NCBI GenBank assembly: GCA_050331235.1
Contig: JBHJHA010000031.1
Location: forward strand, 1 to 54,446
Reading direction: 5' to 3'
Length of the DNA stretch: 54,446 nucleotides
From: Leptolyngbyaceae cyanobacterium
GTDB taxonomy: Bacteria; Cyanobacteriota; Cyanobacteriia; Phormidesmidales; Phormidesmidaceae
Under the pieces are notes generated by a model. It did no database searches. It was not told the DNA's origin and worked only from the letters and a program-made list of their open reading frames with translations. Positions 20,832 to 31,556 of this stretch are shown here, one piece after another (the stretch's first letter is position 1; every line of letters begins with the position of its first letter). The position numbers were made by a program, and so were the translations under genes.

Positions 20832-23800
20832 CTAGACCGATGGCTTGAAAACGGCGTAGCGGTCGCGCCCCGCTTGTTTGGCCTGATAGAGCGCTTGGTC
20901 AGCCTGTTCGACTAGAGTGCGAGCCAAGATATGAGGCTGTGGCAACACCGAGGCGATGCCATAGCTCAGGGTAATTTGAGTATCAATGCCCGAAATTTTG
21001 TGTTCCAAGCCGATTGCGGCGATCGCGGCCTGCATCTGCTGCACAATGACCGTGGCCCCAGCCACATCCGTTTGGGGCAAAACCACCGCAAACTCCTCGC
21101 CTCCATAGCGAGCCAGACAATCAGTTGCGCGGTTGACGCAGCCTTGCAGAGCTTGGGCCACCGCGACGATGCACTCATCGCCAGCGGGATGCCCATACTG
21201 ATCATTGAAATACTTGAAATGATCGATATCGCAGAAAATCAGCGTGACCTCCTGTTGCTCACGAACGGCTCGACGCCATTCCTTTTCTAAAATGTCGTCG
21301 AAGTGGCGACGATTGGCAATCTGAGTCAGCCCGTCTGTCACTGAAATTCGAGCAAGCTCTTCGTTTGCCGCTTGCAACCGCTGATGCAGGATTGACTGCT
21401 GAATGGCGATCGCAACTTGCTCAGCGACTTTTTGTAGCAGATGTAATTGATCTAGCTGCCAGTGGCGATAGTCCCGGCAGGCATGGGTCACCAGCATGCC
21501 CCAAATTTCGTTGTTCTCCGCTTCCGTTTGAATGATGGGGGCAAGCATTTGTGATTTCACCCCAATTCGCTGTAGAAAGTTCGCCAGATCGGCATCATGA
21601 CTGTCTGTCGAGACATTCAGCTCAATCCGGCCTTGGCCCCGGGCATAAAATGCCGCCCAAAATGACGAGAGAGCCTGGGCTTCCCAGGTTGTGTCAACGA
21701 TGGCCAAATATCCGGGGCGAACGGCCTCTGCAACCGCCCGTCGCGATCGCTCAGTAACAAACCGGACAATCAATGTCCGGTCGGCCTGCAGCATCCGTTG
21801 GACTTCAGCGACCGTAGTCGCCAGTATCTGGTCAATATCAAGCGTGGCGCGAATGTCTTGAGTCATCAGCCGTAGGGTGTGCTCTTGATCAATTTGCCTT
21901 TGTAGCGCTATTTGGGCCGCCCGCAGATTGGTGACGTTCCGGGAGATAATCAATACAGACGCCATCTGATCGGTGGCTGTGTATTCTGGCACTAAGCGCG
22001 AATAAAAAACTTGCTCCGTTTCGGCAACGATAGCTTGGGTTTCTAGCAGCTGCTCTTGGCCGGTGGCAAAGACTTGAGTAATTGCCGATTGCCACTGCTG
22101 AAAGAGCTCCGTTGAAATATTAAGTTCCCCTAGTCTTTTACCTATGAGAGGGAGGGGGGGCGCACCGATGCAGGATTCCATTATCGGATTGGCATACAAG
22201 ATTGATAACTGTCGATCTACCCGCATGACCCCGTCAGGATTATTTTCCACTAGCGTCCGAAAGTCTTTCTCTTGTCGCCGTAGCCTCATCTCTAAGAATT
22301 TGCGATCGCTAATGTCTTCAACCGATCCCAACATTCGTACCAGATTGCCCGCGTCATCCCATACCGCTTTACCCCGAAGCCGCACCCAGACATAAGCGCC
22401 GCTAAAGCTGCGTAACCGAAGCTCGTATTCAAACTGAGAAGGCGTAGCCAAATGGTTGTAAATCGCGATTACAAACCGCTCCAGATCATCAGGGTGAATA
22501 CGTTCTAGCTCAGTGGACAAGCGTGACATCCGACTGGAGAGAGGCGGCACTCCCAAAATCTGCCAATACCGTGTAGAAAATTGAATTCGATCCGTTCCCG
22601 AGCGCCAGTCCCAGATCCCCTCGTTAATGCTGTTGAGCACGAGGGCATTGCGCTCAGAAGCTGCCTGCGCCTGCTGGTGCAGATTGGCATGATGAATAGC
22701 GATCGCTAACTGAGCGGCGATCCGGCGAGTCAACTCGATCTCGGCAGGATGCCAGCTTTGAGGATGGGGACGCGTTAGGGAAACAGCCCCCCAAACCTCC
22801 GAGTACATGACGATGGGCACAATCAGCCATTGCCCTGGAAACTGCTCTGCTAAATGACGGTTAACCTGATCAGTAGGCTCGATCATCTCCACATCTTCAA
22901 AGATCACGGTTTCTAGCTCTTTGAGTCGGGCGGCGACCGGATTGTCAACATCAGGCACGCCGGCCCAGACTTCGGCCATTTGCTCAGAACTCCAGTCAAA
23001 GGGACCACCGTTGACTGCCACCGCCTGCCAAATCCGCTCATCTGCTCGGTATTGGGAAACCCGCACGCGCCCTTGTAAGCATCGAGCAATCTGATTCGCC
23101 GCAATGTCAAAGATGTCTTGAATGTTAAGAGAGCTGCGAATTGCCTCGATTACTTCATTTAAGGCATGCTCTCGCTCAGCTTGTTGTTGCAGCTCAGTCT
23201 CATGCTGCTTGCGATCGCTGATATCCCAGATGAGGCCCACAAAATGAAGGGGGCTGCCATCCGGCCGACGTTCTGTAATCCGTCCCCGACTACACACCCA
23301 TTTCCAACGACCGTCTCCGCAAACTAGACGATACTCGCAATCGTAAACCGGCGTTTGTTGGCTAATGTGCTGCTGCAATGCAGCTCTGACCCGTGCTTGA
23401 TCGTCCGGGTGAACAATCGCTAAACTATCGCTCAAAGTTTCGCCCCGCTGGGGGGCAGGGTATCCCAGTAGGGCTCTCCAATGGAGTGAGTAGCTCACCT
23501 CATCGACATCCGAGCGCCAATGCCACATACCACACTCAGCCGTTTCGATTGCCGTTTGCCACTGTCTCTCTTGCCAGCGACTAGCCGCTAAGACCTGGTG
23601 CTGTTGTAGCCTCCGGATGGCCCAGCCCATTTGAGTCGCAATTTGCTTAGCCACTTGGCGATGAATTTTTTGCCAGAGCCGGGGAGCATCACACTGATGA
23701 ATAATCAGTAGCCCCCACAACGTGGGCAATACCCTGCTCCGAGCGGTTGAAAATGGCTGAACCAAAATAGGACTGACGAGGTTGGCTTTGACCTGTAGCT

Positions 23801-24251
23801 GCTGTAATAACTGCCGATAACAAGGATCGACATTGGCTTGATCGACATTCTCAATCGCTGTGATTGCTCCTTGCTGAAATCGCTCACCCCACTGATTTTC
23901 AAAACAAGGATCATAGATTAACTGACCCAAAACGGGTGTCCATTCGTCGCTGATAGCTTCAGCGGTGACAGCTCCATCCCCTTGATCAATAAACTGATAA
24001 ATCAAAGCGCGATCGCTGCCAAACAGATAGCGAGTCTGCTGCACTCCGCACTCTAACAGTTGAGTCAATTCTTGGCAGTGATGAAGGCATGAAAAAATAG
24101 CTTCTAATTCTTCGAGCACCTCATCGTATTCAGCGACGGTCTCTATTGCAGCAGCAAGCAACATCAATAAGCCTGCCAGTTCGCAGGAATGTATTTGAAT
24201 TTCACCCTTTTGAAAACTATAGCGAGTAGATACACTGGATCGGACTCGCAA
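20832..24251 (-). CDS. Diguanylate cyclase with cyanobacteriochrome GAF, PAS and further GAF domains
   Basis: GAF1 with DPCF and CY Cys motifs; PAS domains (HPDD..); GGEEF with RxxD I-site; exact start uncertain. Confidence 0.92.
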   Translation of the reverse strand: MRVRSSVSTRYSFQKGEIQIHSCELAGLLMLLAAAIETVAEYDEVLEELEAIFSCLHHCQELTQLLECGVQQTRYLFGSDRALIYQFIDQGDGAVTAEAISDEWTPVLGQLIYDPCFENQWGERFQQGAITAIENVDQANVDPCYRQLLQQLQVKANLVSPILVQPFSTARSRVLPTLWGLLIIHQCDAPRLWQKIHRQVAKQIATQMGWAIRRLQQHQVLAASRWQERQWQTAIETAECGMWHWRSDVDEVSYSLHWRALLGYPAPQRGETLSDSLAIVHPDDQARVRAALQQHISQQTPVYDCEYRLVCGDGRWKWVCSRGRITERRPDGSPLHFVGLIWDISDRKQHETELQQQAEREHALNEVIEAIRSSLNIQDIFDIAANQIARCLQGRVRVSQYRADERIWQAVAVNGGPFDWSSEQMAEVWAGVPDVDNPVAARLKELETVIFEDVEMIEPTDQVNRHLAEQFPGQWLIVPIVMYSEVWGAVSLTRPHPQSWHPAEIELTRRIAAQLAIAIHHANLHQQAQAASERNALVLNSINEGIWDWRSGTDRIQFSTRYWQILGVPPLSSRMSRLSTELERIHPDDLERFVIAIYNHLATPSQFEYELRLRSFSGAYVWVRLRGKAVWDDAGNLVRMLGSVEDISDRKFLEMRLRRQEKDFRTLVENNPDGVMRVDRQLSILYANPIMESCIGAPPLPLIGKRLGELNISTELFQQWQSAITQVFATGQEQLLETQAIVAETEQVFYSRLVPEYTATDQMASVLIISRNVTNLRAAQIALQRQIDQEHTLRLMTQDIRATLDIDQILATTVAEVQRMLQADRTLIVRFVTERSRRAVAEAVRPGYLAIVDTTWEAQALSSFWAAFYARGQGRIELNVSTDSHDADLANFLQRIGVKSQMLAPIIQTEAENNEIWGMLVTHACRDYRHWQLDQLHLLQKVAEQVAIAIQQSILHQRLQAANEELARISVTDGLTQIANRRHFDDILEKEWRRAVREQQEVTLIFCDIDHFKYFNDQYGHPAGDECIVAVAQALQGCVNRATDCLARYGGEEFAVVLPQTDVAGATVIVQQMQAAIAAIGLEHKISGIDTQITLSYGIASVLPQPHILARTLVEQADQALYQAKQAGRDRYAVFKPSV

Positions 24252-24608
24252 AATTAATGAATTTTATAATCCCTTCAAAGTCTGCTCTAAGGGAATGCCC
24301 AAGGTCAACCACGGGGCCTTCCGCACAAACGCTGAGGTAGGTAGCAGCCTAAGAGTAGCCCCATGGACAAGACAGGGAATAGACGGCTGATAGCAAAACG
24401 CCTTGTCCCAATCTGAAAGCACTAAGCTCAATCATGGTGATATCTAATTGCTGACTGACGCATTCATACGATGAAACAGCTACCTAAAAAAGAGAGCGGG
24501 GATACGCTCTTAGAAATGAAAGTCTGCCACACATAAAGTAGCGTTATCTCTTAGAAACAGGATAAAAAGTGTCTCGTCAAAGTCCCTAGCACCACAGGCA
24601 AAAAGTAT

Positions 24609-24626
24609 CCTTTCTAATTAGAAAGG
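24609..24626. repeat. Perfect 18-bp palindrome
   Basis: CCTTTCTAATTAGAAAGG equals its own reverse complement. Confidence 0.9.
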
Positions 24627-24650
24627 CTTGCTTTTTCTCGCGTAACCGGA

Positions 24651-24674
24651 CGTCATGAGCGATCGCTCATGACG
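24651..24674. repeat. Perfect 24-bp palindrome centred on HIP1
   Basis: CGTCATGAGCGATCGCTCATGACG equals its own reverse complement. Confidence 0.9.
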
Positions 24675-25171
24675 CTTTGAGAATCCGCAAAATATACATT
24701 TTTCTAAGGAGTCTACGGCTTGTTTCTCAGCCAGTCTCTGAGGATTCTAATCACAGTTTCGTAGGGCGATGACAATCCGGCAAAACAGCAGTGCAGATTG
24801 GCACTCCCTGCCGTCGTCGCTCCCTTGCCCAAGAGTTTCTTTCAGCCTTTCCCAATTGCTCAGGAACTCAAAGAGATCTGGCTGGGAAATCGATATATTG
24901 TCCAGTTTCAGCACATTGCCATCGCGAGTCACGATCGAGTTTGGCCAGGTTCCGCCGCCAGATCGCCAGTGTCGAAGTCATTCCCTGCCCCTCGAATCTC
25001 GGACGCTTCTAATCCCCCTGCGAGAGCGCTACTCCCCGCCAAAGCAAACCAGGAATTACCAGAGTTTTTTTATCCGCGAGGTATTGCTTCCGAGCTTTAT
25101 GATGCTGCCCAAGGCACCAAGCACAGCTGTCATTGCCGATGCCGGCTTTATGCCCATGCGGCAAAGCTTTG

Positions 25172-26092
25172 CTAGGGAGGTGGCAGGCAGTTCAGCGTCA
25201 TCGATTGTTGAGTACGCGGGTGATAAAAAGTCAACTGCGCGGCATGGAGATAGTAACCGATATCCCCCGGCACCGGCAGCACCGACCAGTCTTGGGGAGT
25301 GGGTCGAGGATGGCCGCCCTTGATATAAAACGGGTCGCCCACAAGGGGGAACCCGGCGGCGGCTAAATGAATGCGAATTTGATGGGGGCGACCGGTGAAA
25401 ATTTGAACTTCTACGATTGTCTGATGGGGGCGTCTTTCTAATACACGGGCCTGACTATAGGCCGGTTTCCCCCTGGGAGTCGCTGCGTGAACGGTCCCCA
25501 AAACAGGATAAGGCACTGGGCCAATCGGGGTCTGCATGGCAAAGCTGTCCGGTAAGTCTCCTGTGCCAACCCATGCTTGGTAAATTTTCCGAACGGTTCC
25601 AGGGGACTCAAAAGGATGGCTGGTGTGCCGAAATTGACGGCTTAGTTCACGTTTGGCAAGGGGCGATCGCGCTAGCAGCATAATCCCTGAGGTTCCTCGC
25701 CCTAGGCGATGCACAGGGGTTGGGGTGGCGTGGGGATACCGCAACTTGAGTTGATGTAGCAGCGTATGCTCTAAGAAATTGCCGCCCGGCAGCACGGGCA
25801 AACCAGCGGGCTTTGCGATCGCTAGCAGGTCAGCATCTTCGTACAAAATTTCAAAAGCTAGCGGCACAGTGGGCTCTTGCCAGGGTTGACGATGATAGGC
25901 CAACGGCTCACCGACCCGCAGAACCTGTTCAGCGCTGCCGGGTTGCCCCATCACAGTAATCTGTCCCCGGCGAATGCGTTCGAGCCATTCTGCCCGACTG
26001 GAATGGCGATACCGCTGTTCGTAAAAATCTAAAAGACGCTGACCCGCGTTCTGAGCGGACACCTGATCGTGATATATCCAACCCTGATTCAT
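25172..26092 (-). CDS. RluA-family pseudouridine synthase-like protein (catalytic Asp replaced by Gly)
   Basis: S4-like N-terminus, KPAGLP, HRLGRGTSG, TGRPHQIRIHLA, GDP.Y, LHA. Confidence 0.92.
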   Translation of the reverse strand: MNQGWIYHDQVSAQNAGQRLLDFYEQRYRHSSRAEWLERIRRGQITVMGQPGSAEQVLRVGEPLAYHRQPWQEPTVPLAFEILYEDADLLAIAKPAGLPVLPGGNFLEHTLLHQLKLRYPHATPTPVHRLGRGTSGIMLLARSPLAKRELSRQFRHTSHPFESPGTVRKIYQAWVGTGDLPDSFAMQTPIGPVPYPVLGTVHAATPRGKPAYSQARVLERRPHQTIVEVQIFTGRPHQIRIHLAAAGFPLVGDPFYIKGGHPRPTPQDWSVLPVPGDIGYYLHAAQLTFYHPRTQQSMTLNCLPPP

Positions 26093-26129
26093 GGCTGTCT
26101 AAAATCCGTAAACTGGCACTGCTAGGGGT

Positions 26130-27350
26130 TTAGCCGTTCTGCTGCCCGGACGCAGCAGTAGTGTCGGTCGCCGCTGCCTGGGGCACAGTCGCCATACCGT
26201 GGGGATCAAGGCCGTTAGTCTCATTCTCCGATATGGCGTTGGACGCCGCCCCTTGTTCGCTTCTTGCAATCCGGACCGCCTCTAAGCCCTCTTTGATGAC
26301 GACAGCGATGGGGACAGCCATAATCACCCCTAACAGGCCGCCAACCCGGGCACCCGATAACAAAGCAATAAATACCCAAAAGGGATTCAACCCCGTGAAG
26401 CTACCTAATACTCGAGGGGCTAAGACATTTTCAATAAGCTGTTGCACTAAGGCTGAAACCAGCAGCACTTTGATGGCAATGCCGATATCGCGGAGGCCCA
26501 CCAACAGCGTCACGATAATAATGCTCACGGTCCCTCCAAAGGGAATCAACGCCGCGAGCCCAACGGTAATGCCAAAGAGTAGGCCAAAGGGCACCTGGAG
26601 CAGGCCATAAATGCAGGTCAAAATAGTGCCCATTAAGGTTGCTACGACAAACTGACCAAGAAAATAATTGCGGAAACTCAGCCGTAACGTATCCGAGAAA
26701 AGGTGCTGAATTTTGCCAGGGAGCCAACCTACAATACCGTCCCAAACGTCGTCTCCGTGCTGTAGTAGATAAAAAGTCAGCACAATGGCTAAGACAATAT
26801 CTAACAGCTTATTCGCCGTGAAGACGGCAAATCCAAGGGTAAGGTTAAGGGCTTCCCCCGCGATCGCTTCAAATCGGACCTTAAGGCGATCGTTTATTTG
26901 TTCAATGAGACCATCTAGGTTAAAAGGCAATCCCCAATTTTCAAATCGACTATCCAGCATCAATAGCTGATTTTTGCCAGAATCAAACCAATCCGGCAAC
27001 TTAGCTACCAGTTGCTGCGCCTGCTCAATTACCAGGGGGAGAATGGTGATACCGACGGTTAGCAACACCAGTACCGCTCCGAGTAGCACCAGGATTGAGG
27101 CAAGGCCTTGTCGGATCCCTAGCTGCCGTAACCCCCTCACCGGATAACTCAGCAAGAAGGCCAACAGCGAAGCTACAATCACAGCGACCAAAATCTCACG
27201 AAAATAATCAAATATTTGCGCCAGCGCCCATACGTTCAGCACGATTAGCGGAGCTGCTAGCAAGGTCACAAGGGTTCTGGAAAAAGGCCCGAGGGACCGC
27301 CACCAGCGAGCGATCCAGCTTTGGGCATAGGGCGGTGTGGGATGGGTCAT
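26130..27350 (-). CDS. AI-2E (PerM/UPF0118) family transporter
   Basis: Multi-TM; LIPFGG, QQLIENVLAPRVLG..TGLNP, GGLLGVIMAVP. Confidence 0.9.
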   Translation of the reverse strand: MTHPTPPYAQSWIARWWRSLGPFSRTLVTLLAAPLIVLNVWALAQIFDYFREILVAVIVASLLAFLLSYPVRGLRQLGIRQGLASILVLLGAVLVLLTVGITILPLVIEQAQQLVAKLPDWFDSGKNQLLMLDSRFENWGLPFNLDGLIEQINDRLKVRFEAIAGEALNLTLGFAVFTANKLLDIVLAIVLTFYLLQHGDDVWDGIVGWLPGKIQHLFSDTLRLSFRNYFLGQFVVATLMGTILTCIYGLLQVPFGLLFGITVGLAALIPFGGTVSIIIVTLLVGLRDIGIAIKVLLVSALVQQLIENVLAPRVLGSFTGLNPFWVFIALLSGARVGGLLGVIMAVPIAVVIKEGLEAVRIARSEQGAASNAISENETNGLDPHGMATVPQAAATDTTAASGQQNG

Positions 27351-27694
27351 GAGGCCAAGATCCAATCATCAATGAGCTGCTTCCTTTAGTTTAAGCAGAT
27401 AAAATCACCCGTCATCGCTTATCTATAAGCAGCCCAGGAGCCAGCTAGCCTATCCTGGATTCAACCACAAGTTGGAAAAATCGAAAGTATCATTTTTCTA
27501 GCTTTAACAACCCGCTCAATCCTATGACGAGGTGCTTTACCAATGCATTTTGCAGCTTCAGCCGCAGATAGAGCTTGAGCTGAGGTCAAACGGCAACAAC
27601 ATGGTCTACCTCAGTGAGCTATCAACAACCTGGCTCTAAGCCAATATGATCGACCTTTCAACGGATTACATAAAGCCCAAGTTTTCAGGACTCG

Positions 27695-29587
27695 CTAGAG
27701 GACAGCTGTTGTTCGACGCTGCGAAATCGCTGAGGATGGATAGTCCAGCATTTCAGACTGATGAACCGGAATTTGGATAACAAACTCAGTACCTTGGCCT
27801 ATATGAGAGTGACACTGTAGGGTACCCTGATGTTTTTCAGTAACGATTTTGTAGCTGATTGACAGTCCTAATCCGGTTCCTTTGCCTACTTCCTTCGTCG
27901 TAAAAAATGGATCAAACAGCCTGTCGATGATATCGTCTGGGATTCCAGGGCCATTGTCTTTAATTCGGATTCTAACCTGTGTATTTCCAAGCATTTCTGT
28001 GGAGATGCAAATGCGGCCAGGTATTGGTTGAGTCTTTTGACCAGAATATTGCTGGCGATTTTCTTGAAGCGCATCAATTGCATTACTCAGAATATTCATA
28101 AAGACCTGATTCATTTGGCCGGCATAGCATTCGACTTTTGGAATGGAGCCATAGTTTTTGACAATCTCAATCTGTGGGTTTCGGGCACTGCCCCTGAGTC
28201 GGTGAGCCAAAATGATCAAGGAATTATCTAATCCTTCGTGAAGGTCTACCAGTTTAATCTCTGCTTCGTCTAGACGAGAAAAGTTCCGCAAGGAAAGTAC
28301 AATTTCAGAAATTCTCTGCGTTCCTATCTTCATCGACTTTAGAATACTCATAGAATCATCAATCAAGAAGGGAATGTCTAAGTCCTCAATCTCTTCATAT
28401 ATTTCTGTAGGAAGGGCTGAACAATTTCTCTAATAAAACTGTATCAGCTTAGACAAATCCTGAAGATAGCTTTCGAGATGAGGAAGGTTACCGTGGATGA
28501 AATTGACTGGGTTATTAATCTCATGGGCAATACCAGCAACCATCTCGCCCAATGCTGACATTTTTTCGTTTTGAATCAAAATTGACTGTGTTGACTGAAG
28601 CTCTTTAAGAGCATTTTGTAGCGACTCAGACTTCTCTTTTTCTTGCTTTAGAAGTTGCTTCACTTGTAAAATCAAGCGGTTCAATACAGTAGATAACTTT
28701 CCCACCTCATCTGAGCTGACTACGGGTATACGAAGATTAAAGCTTGAGGTTTTAATGACTTGTTCAGCAATTTCCGAGGCCTGTTTGATCGAGTAAGAGA
28801 TCGCCCTACTCAGAATAAATAGAAGAATAAATGTAATAAAGAGTGATGTTGTAGTGCTTAGAACGACTATCCTCACACGAAAATTAGAAGCATTTTCAAG
28901 TGCCAACTTTGCCTTGCCAAGACGAGCATCAGAATTATCTCTTAACTCTTCTACTAAGTCCAAAAACCGATATGCATCTTGGCGTAATCTCTGATTATTA
29001 AATCGAGTGAGTTCTGCTTGTAAAGTACGACGTTCTGCATCAGAAAGCTTTACCAAAACTGCCCTGTCTAATCTATCTGTTAGCGTATCTAAATCTCTAG
29101 AAAATGCTGAATATGAGGCTATCAGTTTTTTGATAAGCTCTTGTTCCTTTGGGGCATGTAAAGCATCGCTATGCATTGCACCATAGGTTTCTTGATAATT
29201 AGACCAAATGGCATTGAACTGTTCCTGATCCTCAGCAAAGGTAGCGTAAACCTCTGACCATTGTGACAAATCACTCAGAGTCAGAATTGCTCCTTTTTGG
29301 TGCAGATGCATTCTTAAAAAGTCAACCTTGAGATCACTGAGAATGCGGTATTCAGCTTCACTATCTTCGATATTAGTTCGCGCTTCATCAAGATATGACT
29401 CTGTTATTAACCAACCTGTTGCCACGCCGATGCTAGCAACGCTAATTGCCAACCCAAAACTTAATCCAACCTTGTATTGGAGTGGCAGGTTGCCAAACCA
29501 TTGACTTACTATGGAATACGGTTTTTGAAAAGACTGCTTGCGGTAGCTAGAAAGAGTCTCAAAAGAGCGATAAAATCGGTGAAACAT
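27695..29587 (-). pseudogene. HAMP-domain sensor histidine kinase interrupted by one in-frame TAG at 28430-28432
   Basis: The two track ORFs are in the same frame; EKMSALGEMVAGIAHEINNP H-box upstream, NAIDA/DNGPGI/FFTTK..GTGLGL downstream; the linker after TAG reads RNCSALPTEIYEEIEDLDIPFLIDD. Confidence 0.85.
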
Positions 29588-30001
29588 AAATCATCTCGGC
29601 TAAGCCAAAGAAACACAACCTATTATTCCCATTTTTCCGAACTACACAAAATTCAAGCAAAACATTCACACAACGGTTTGTTTTCCTTGAGCTCATGTCT
29701 CATAACTCTAGGCAGGCAACAATGATTTATGGTCTTTTGCTGGTCAACAGCCTTTCTCAACCGATGTACTCAGTAGGCTGTCCAAATGATGCCGCTGCTT
29801 ACTAGACCTGAGTGAGATCAGCACAAGCAACGCCATTCAACGGCAATGAAACCCCAGCCTATTGGCAGACTCATTTTTGTGGTAGCCAAATGCCTTTGCT
29901 CAAGACGATTTCAACTTGTTGAGTAAGCGGACGATTGGGCCCTAAGACAGCGACACTGGATGATAGCGGCACGAGGTAACTCGCCTGTCTGCCAACAGAA
30001 C

Positions 30002-30040
30002 CATGCAAAAGCTGCATGACTTATATGCAGCTTTTGCATG
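30002..30040. promoter_or_regulatory. Inverted repeat made of two ATGC-N7-GCAT LysR (NtcB-type) boxes
   Basis: CATGCAAAAGCTGCAT-gacttat-ATGCAGCTTTTGCATG, perfect 16-bp arms. Confidence 0.55.
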
Positions 30041-30157
30041 CAGCGAAGGCCAAATGTTAATTTCGAACTTTATTTTGGCTGCTTTCCGTGAATAGATAGC
30101 CTTGGCCAGCTTCACAGCCTCGCTGTCAGTATTTCTCCTGGTTTAGCTAGCATCCCT

Positions 30158-31288
30158 ATGTACGTCGAAAAAAAGCCCGCCCCTATGTCTGATGCTGTGC
30201 CGCTAGCCCCTTTAATCGACTGCCTCATTGGGGGAGACTTCCGCGAAAAATGGGAAACTACCAAGCAATTGACAGAACTGGGACCGACAGCGATCGCGGC
30301 CCTGGTGGCGCTGCTGGGTGATGCCGACCTCGACTGGGAGACCCAGTGGTTTGTAGCTCGGGCCTTGGGGCAGTTTGATCACCCCGACGCCCTAGCCGCC
30401 CTAGTGGCCCTGCTGCACAGTACTCAAGAACCCGAGCTCATTGCGATCGCCGCTGAAGGGCTGACTCACTTTGGGGCCTCTGGAGTCGAGGCGCTGCTCC
30501 AGCTCTTGAGGCAGCCCGCCCATCGACTCACCGCAACTCAAGCCTTGGCTAACATTCACCACCCAGCGACGTTTCAGCCATTGCTGGCCGCCGCAACAGA
30601 TCCTGACCCAACCATTCGCGCGGTGGCGTTCACCGCCTTGAGCCATTTTCGCCGAGGTCCCGTCGATGACCTGCTGCTGGCTGGGCTCCAAGATGTGAAT
30701 CCAGTGGTGCGACAAGAGGCCATTCGCCAGTTAGGCGTGCGCTCCTATCTGTTAGAGCGGATCAATTTGATTGAGCACCTGCTGCCAGGGCTGTGGGATA
30801 TCAACCCAGCCGTAAATCAGGCTACGGTGATCGCCCTGGGACGCCTCGGTACCGAAACCGCGATCGCCGCTCTGACCCGGGTACTGACCTCGCCTCACAC
30901 CCCGACAGCACTGCAGCTCAGCATCATTCAGACCCTCGGCTGGATTGACACAGAATCAGCCCTTTCAGCCTTGATTACCGCCCGCAATACCCTGCCGCGA
31001 TCGCTCCATCCAGAGATTGTGGAAACCCTCACTCGATTTCAAGGCGACCCCTTGCGACGACGGGCAGGCGAGATGCTGCAGGATTGGCTGCGAACTGAGA
31101 TGCGGCTATCTACTGATGGCGAATGGTTACAAGCTGCCCTAGCGCTGGCCCTAGGCAGCTTACATTATCAGCCGGCGTTGCCACTGCTGCAATCATTGCT
31201 GAGGGAGTCGGATGGTTATACCCAACTCTATGCTCAAACGGCGCTGCGACAGCTGACGAACACAGACTCAGCAGAGATATTGGATTGA
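30158..31288 (+). CDS. HEAT-repeat (PBS lyase-like) protein, NirB-like
   Basis: Many HEAT repeats; N-terminal GDFREKWE..WFVARALGQF resembles NirB-family proteins as recalled, not verified. Confidence 0.8.
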   Translation: MYVEKKPAPMSDAVPLAPLIDCLIGGDFREKWETTKQLTELGPTAIAALVALLGDADLDWETQWFVARALGQFDHPDALAALVALLHSTQEPELIAIAAEGLTHFGASGVEALLQLLRQPAHRLTATQALANIHHPATFQPLLAAATDPDPTIRAVAFTALSHFRRGPVDDLLLAGLQDVNPVVRQEAIRQLGVRSYLLERINLIEHLLPGLWDINPAVNQATVIALGRLGTETAIAALTRVLTSPHTPTALQLSIIQTLGWIDTESALSALITARNTLPRSLHPEIVETLTRFQGDPLRRRAGEMLQDWLRTEMRLSTDGEWLQAALALALGSLHYQPALPLLQSLLRESDGYTQLYAQTALRQLTNTDSAEILD

Positions 31289-31556
31289 CTAAAGTCAATC
31301 ATAATTGGATCAGTCATTTATTTGCTCGCGGATAAACGGTAGAATTGGACTAATCCATATTCATCCAGGGGGAAACGCAGTGGCTGCCCCCAATCTCGGT
31401 AGGATGGATTTACTCCAACCCACTCTTGCTTTTGGACGAGGCAGATAGCTAATGGTTGGGGCTGAGGCAGATCTGATTCGGCTTTCCCAGCAGTTGACTG
31501 CCCCGCGATCGCTTAAATTTGCCCACTGCTCTATTGACGCACATAGGTATCTGGAC

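Noticed and set aside
24747..25366. Several overlapping ORFs (61-184 aa) between the DGC and the RluA-like gene
   Set aside because: No recognisable motifs, mutually overlapping, and partly antisense to the RluA-like gene; a decayed minus-strand gene is possible but unsupported
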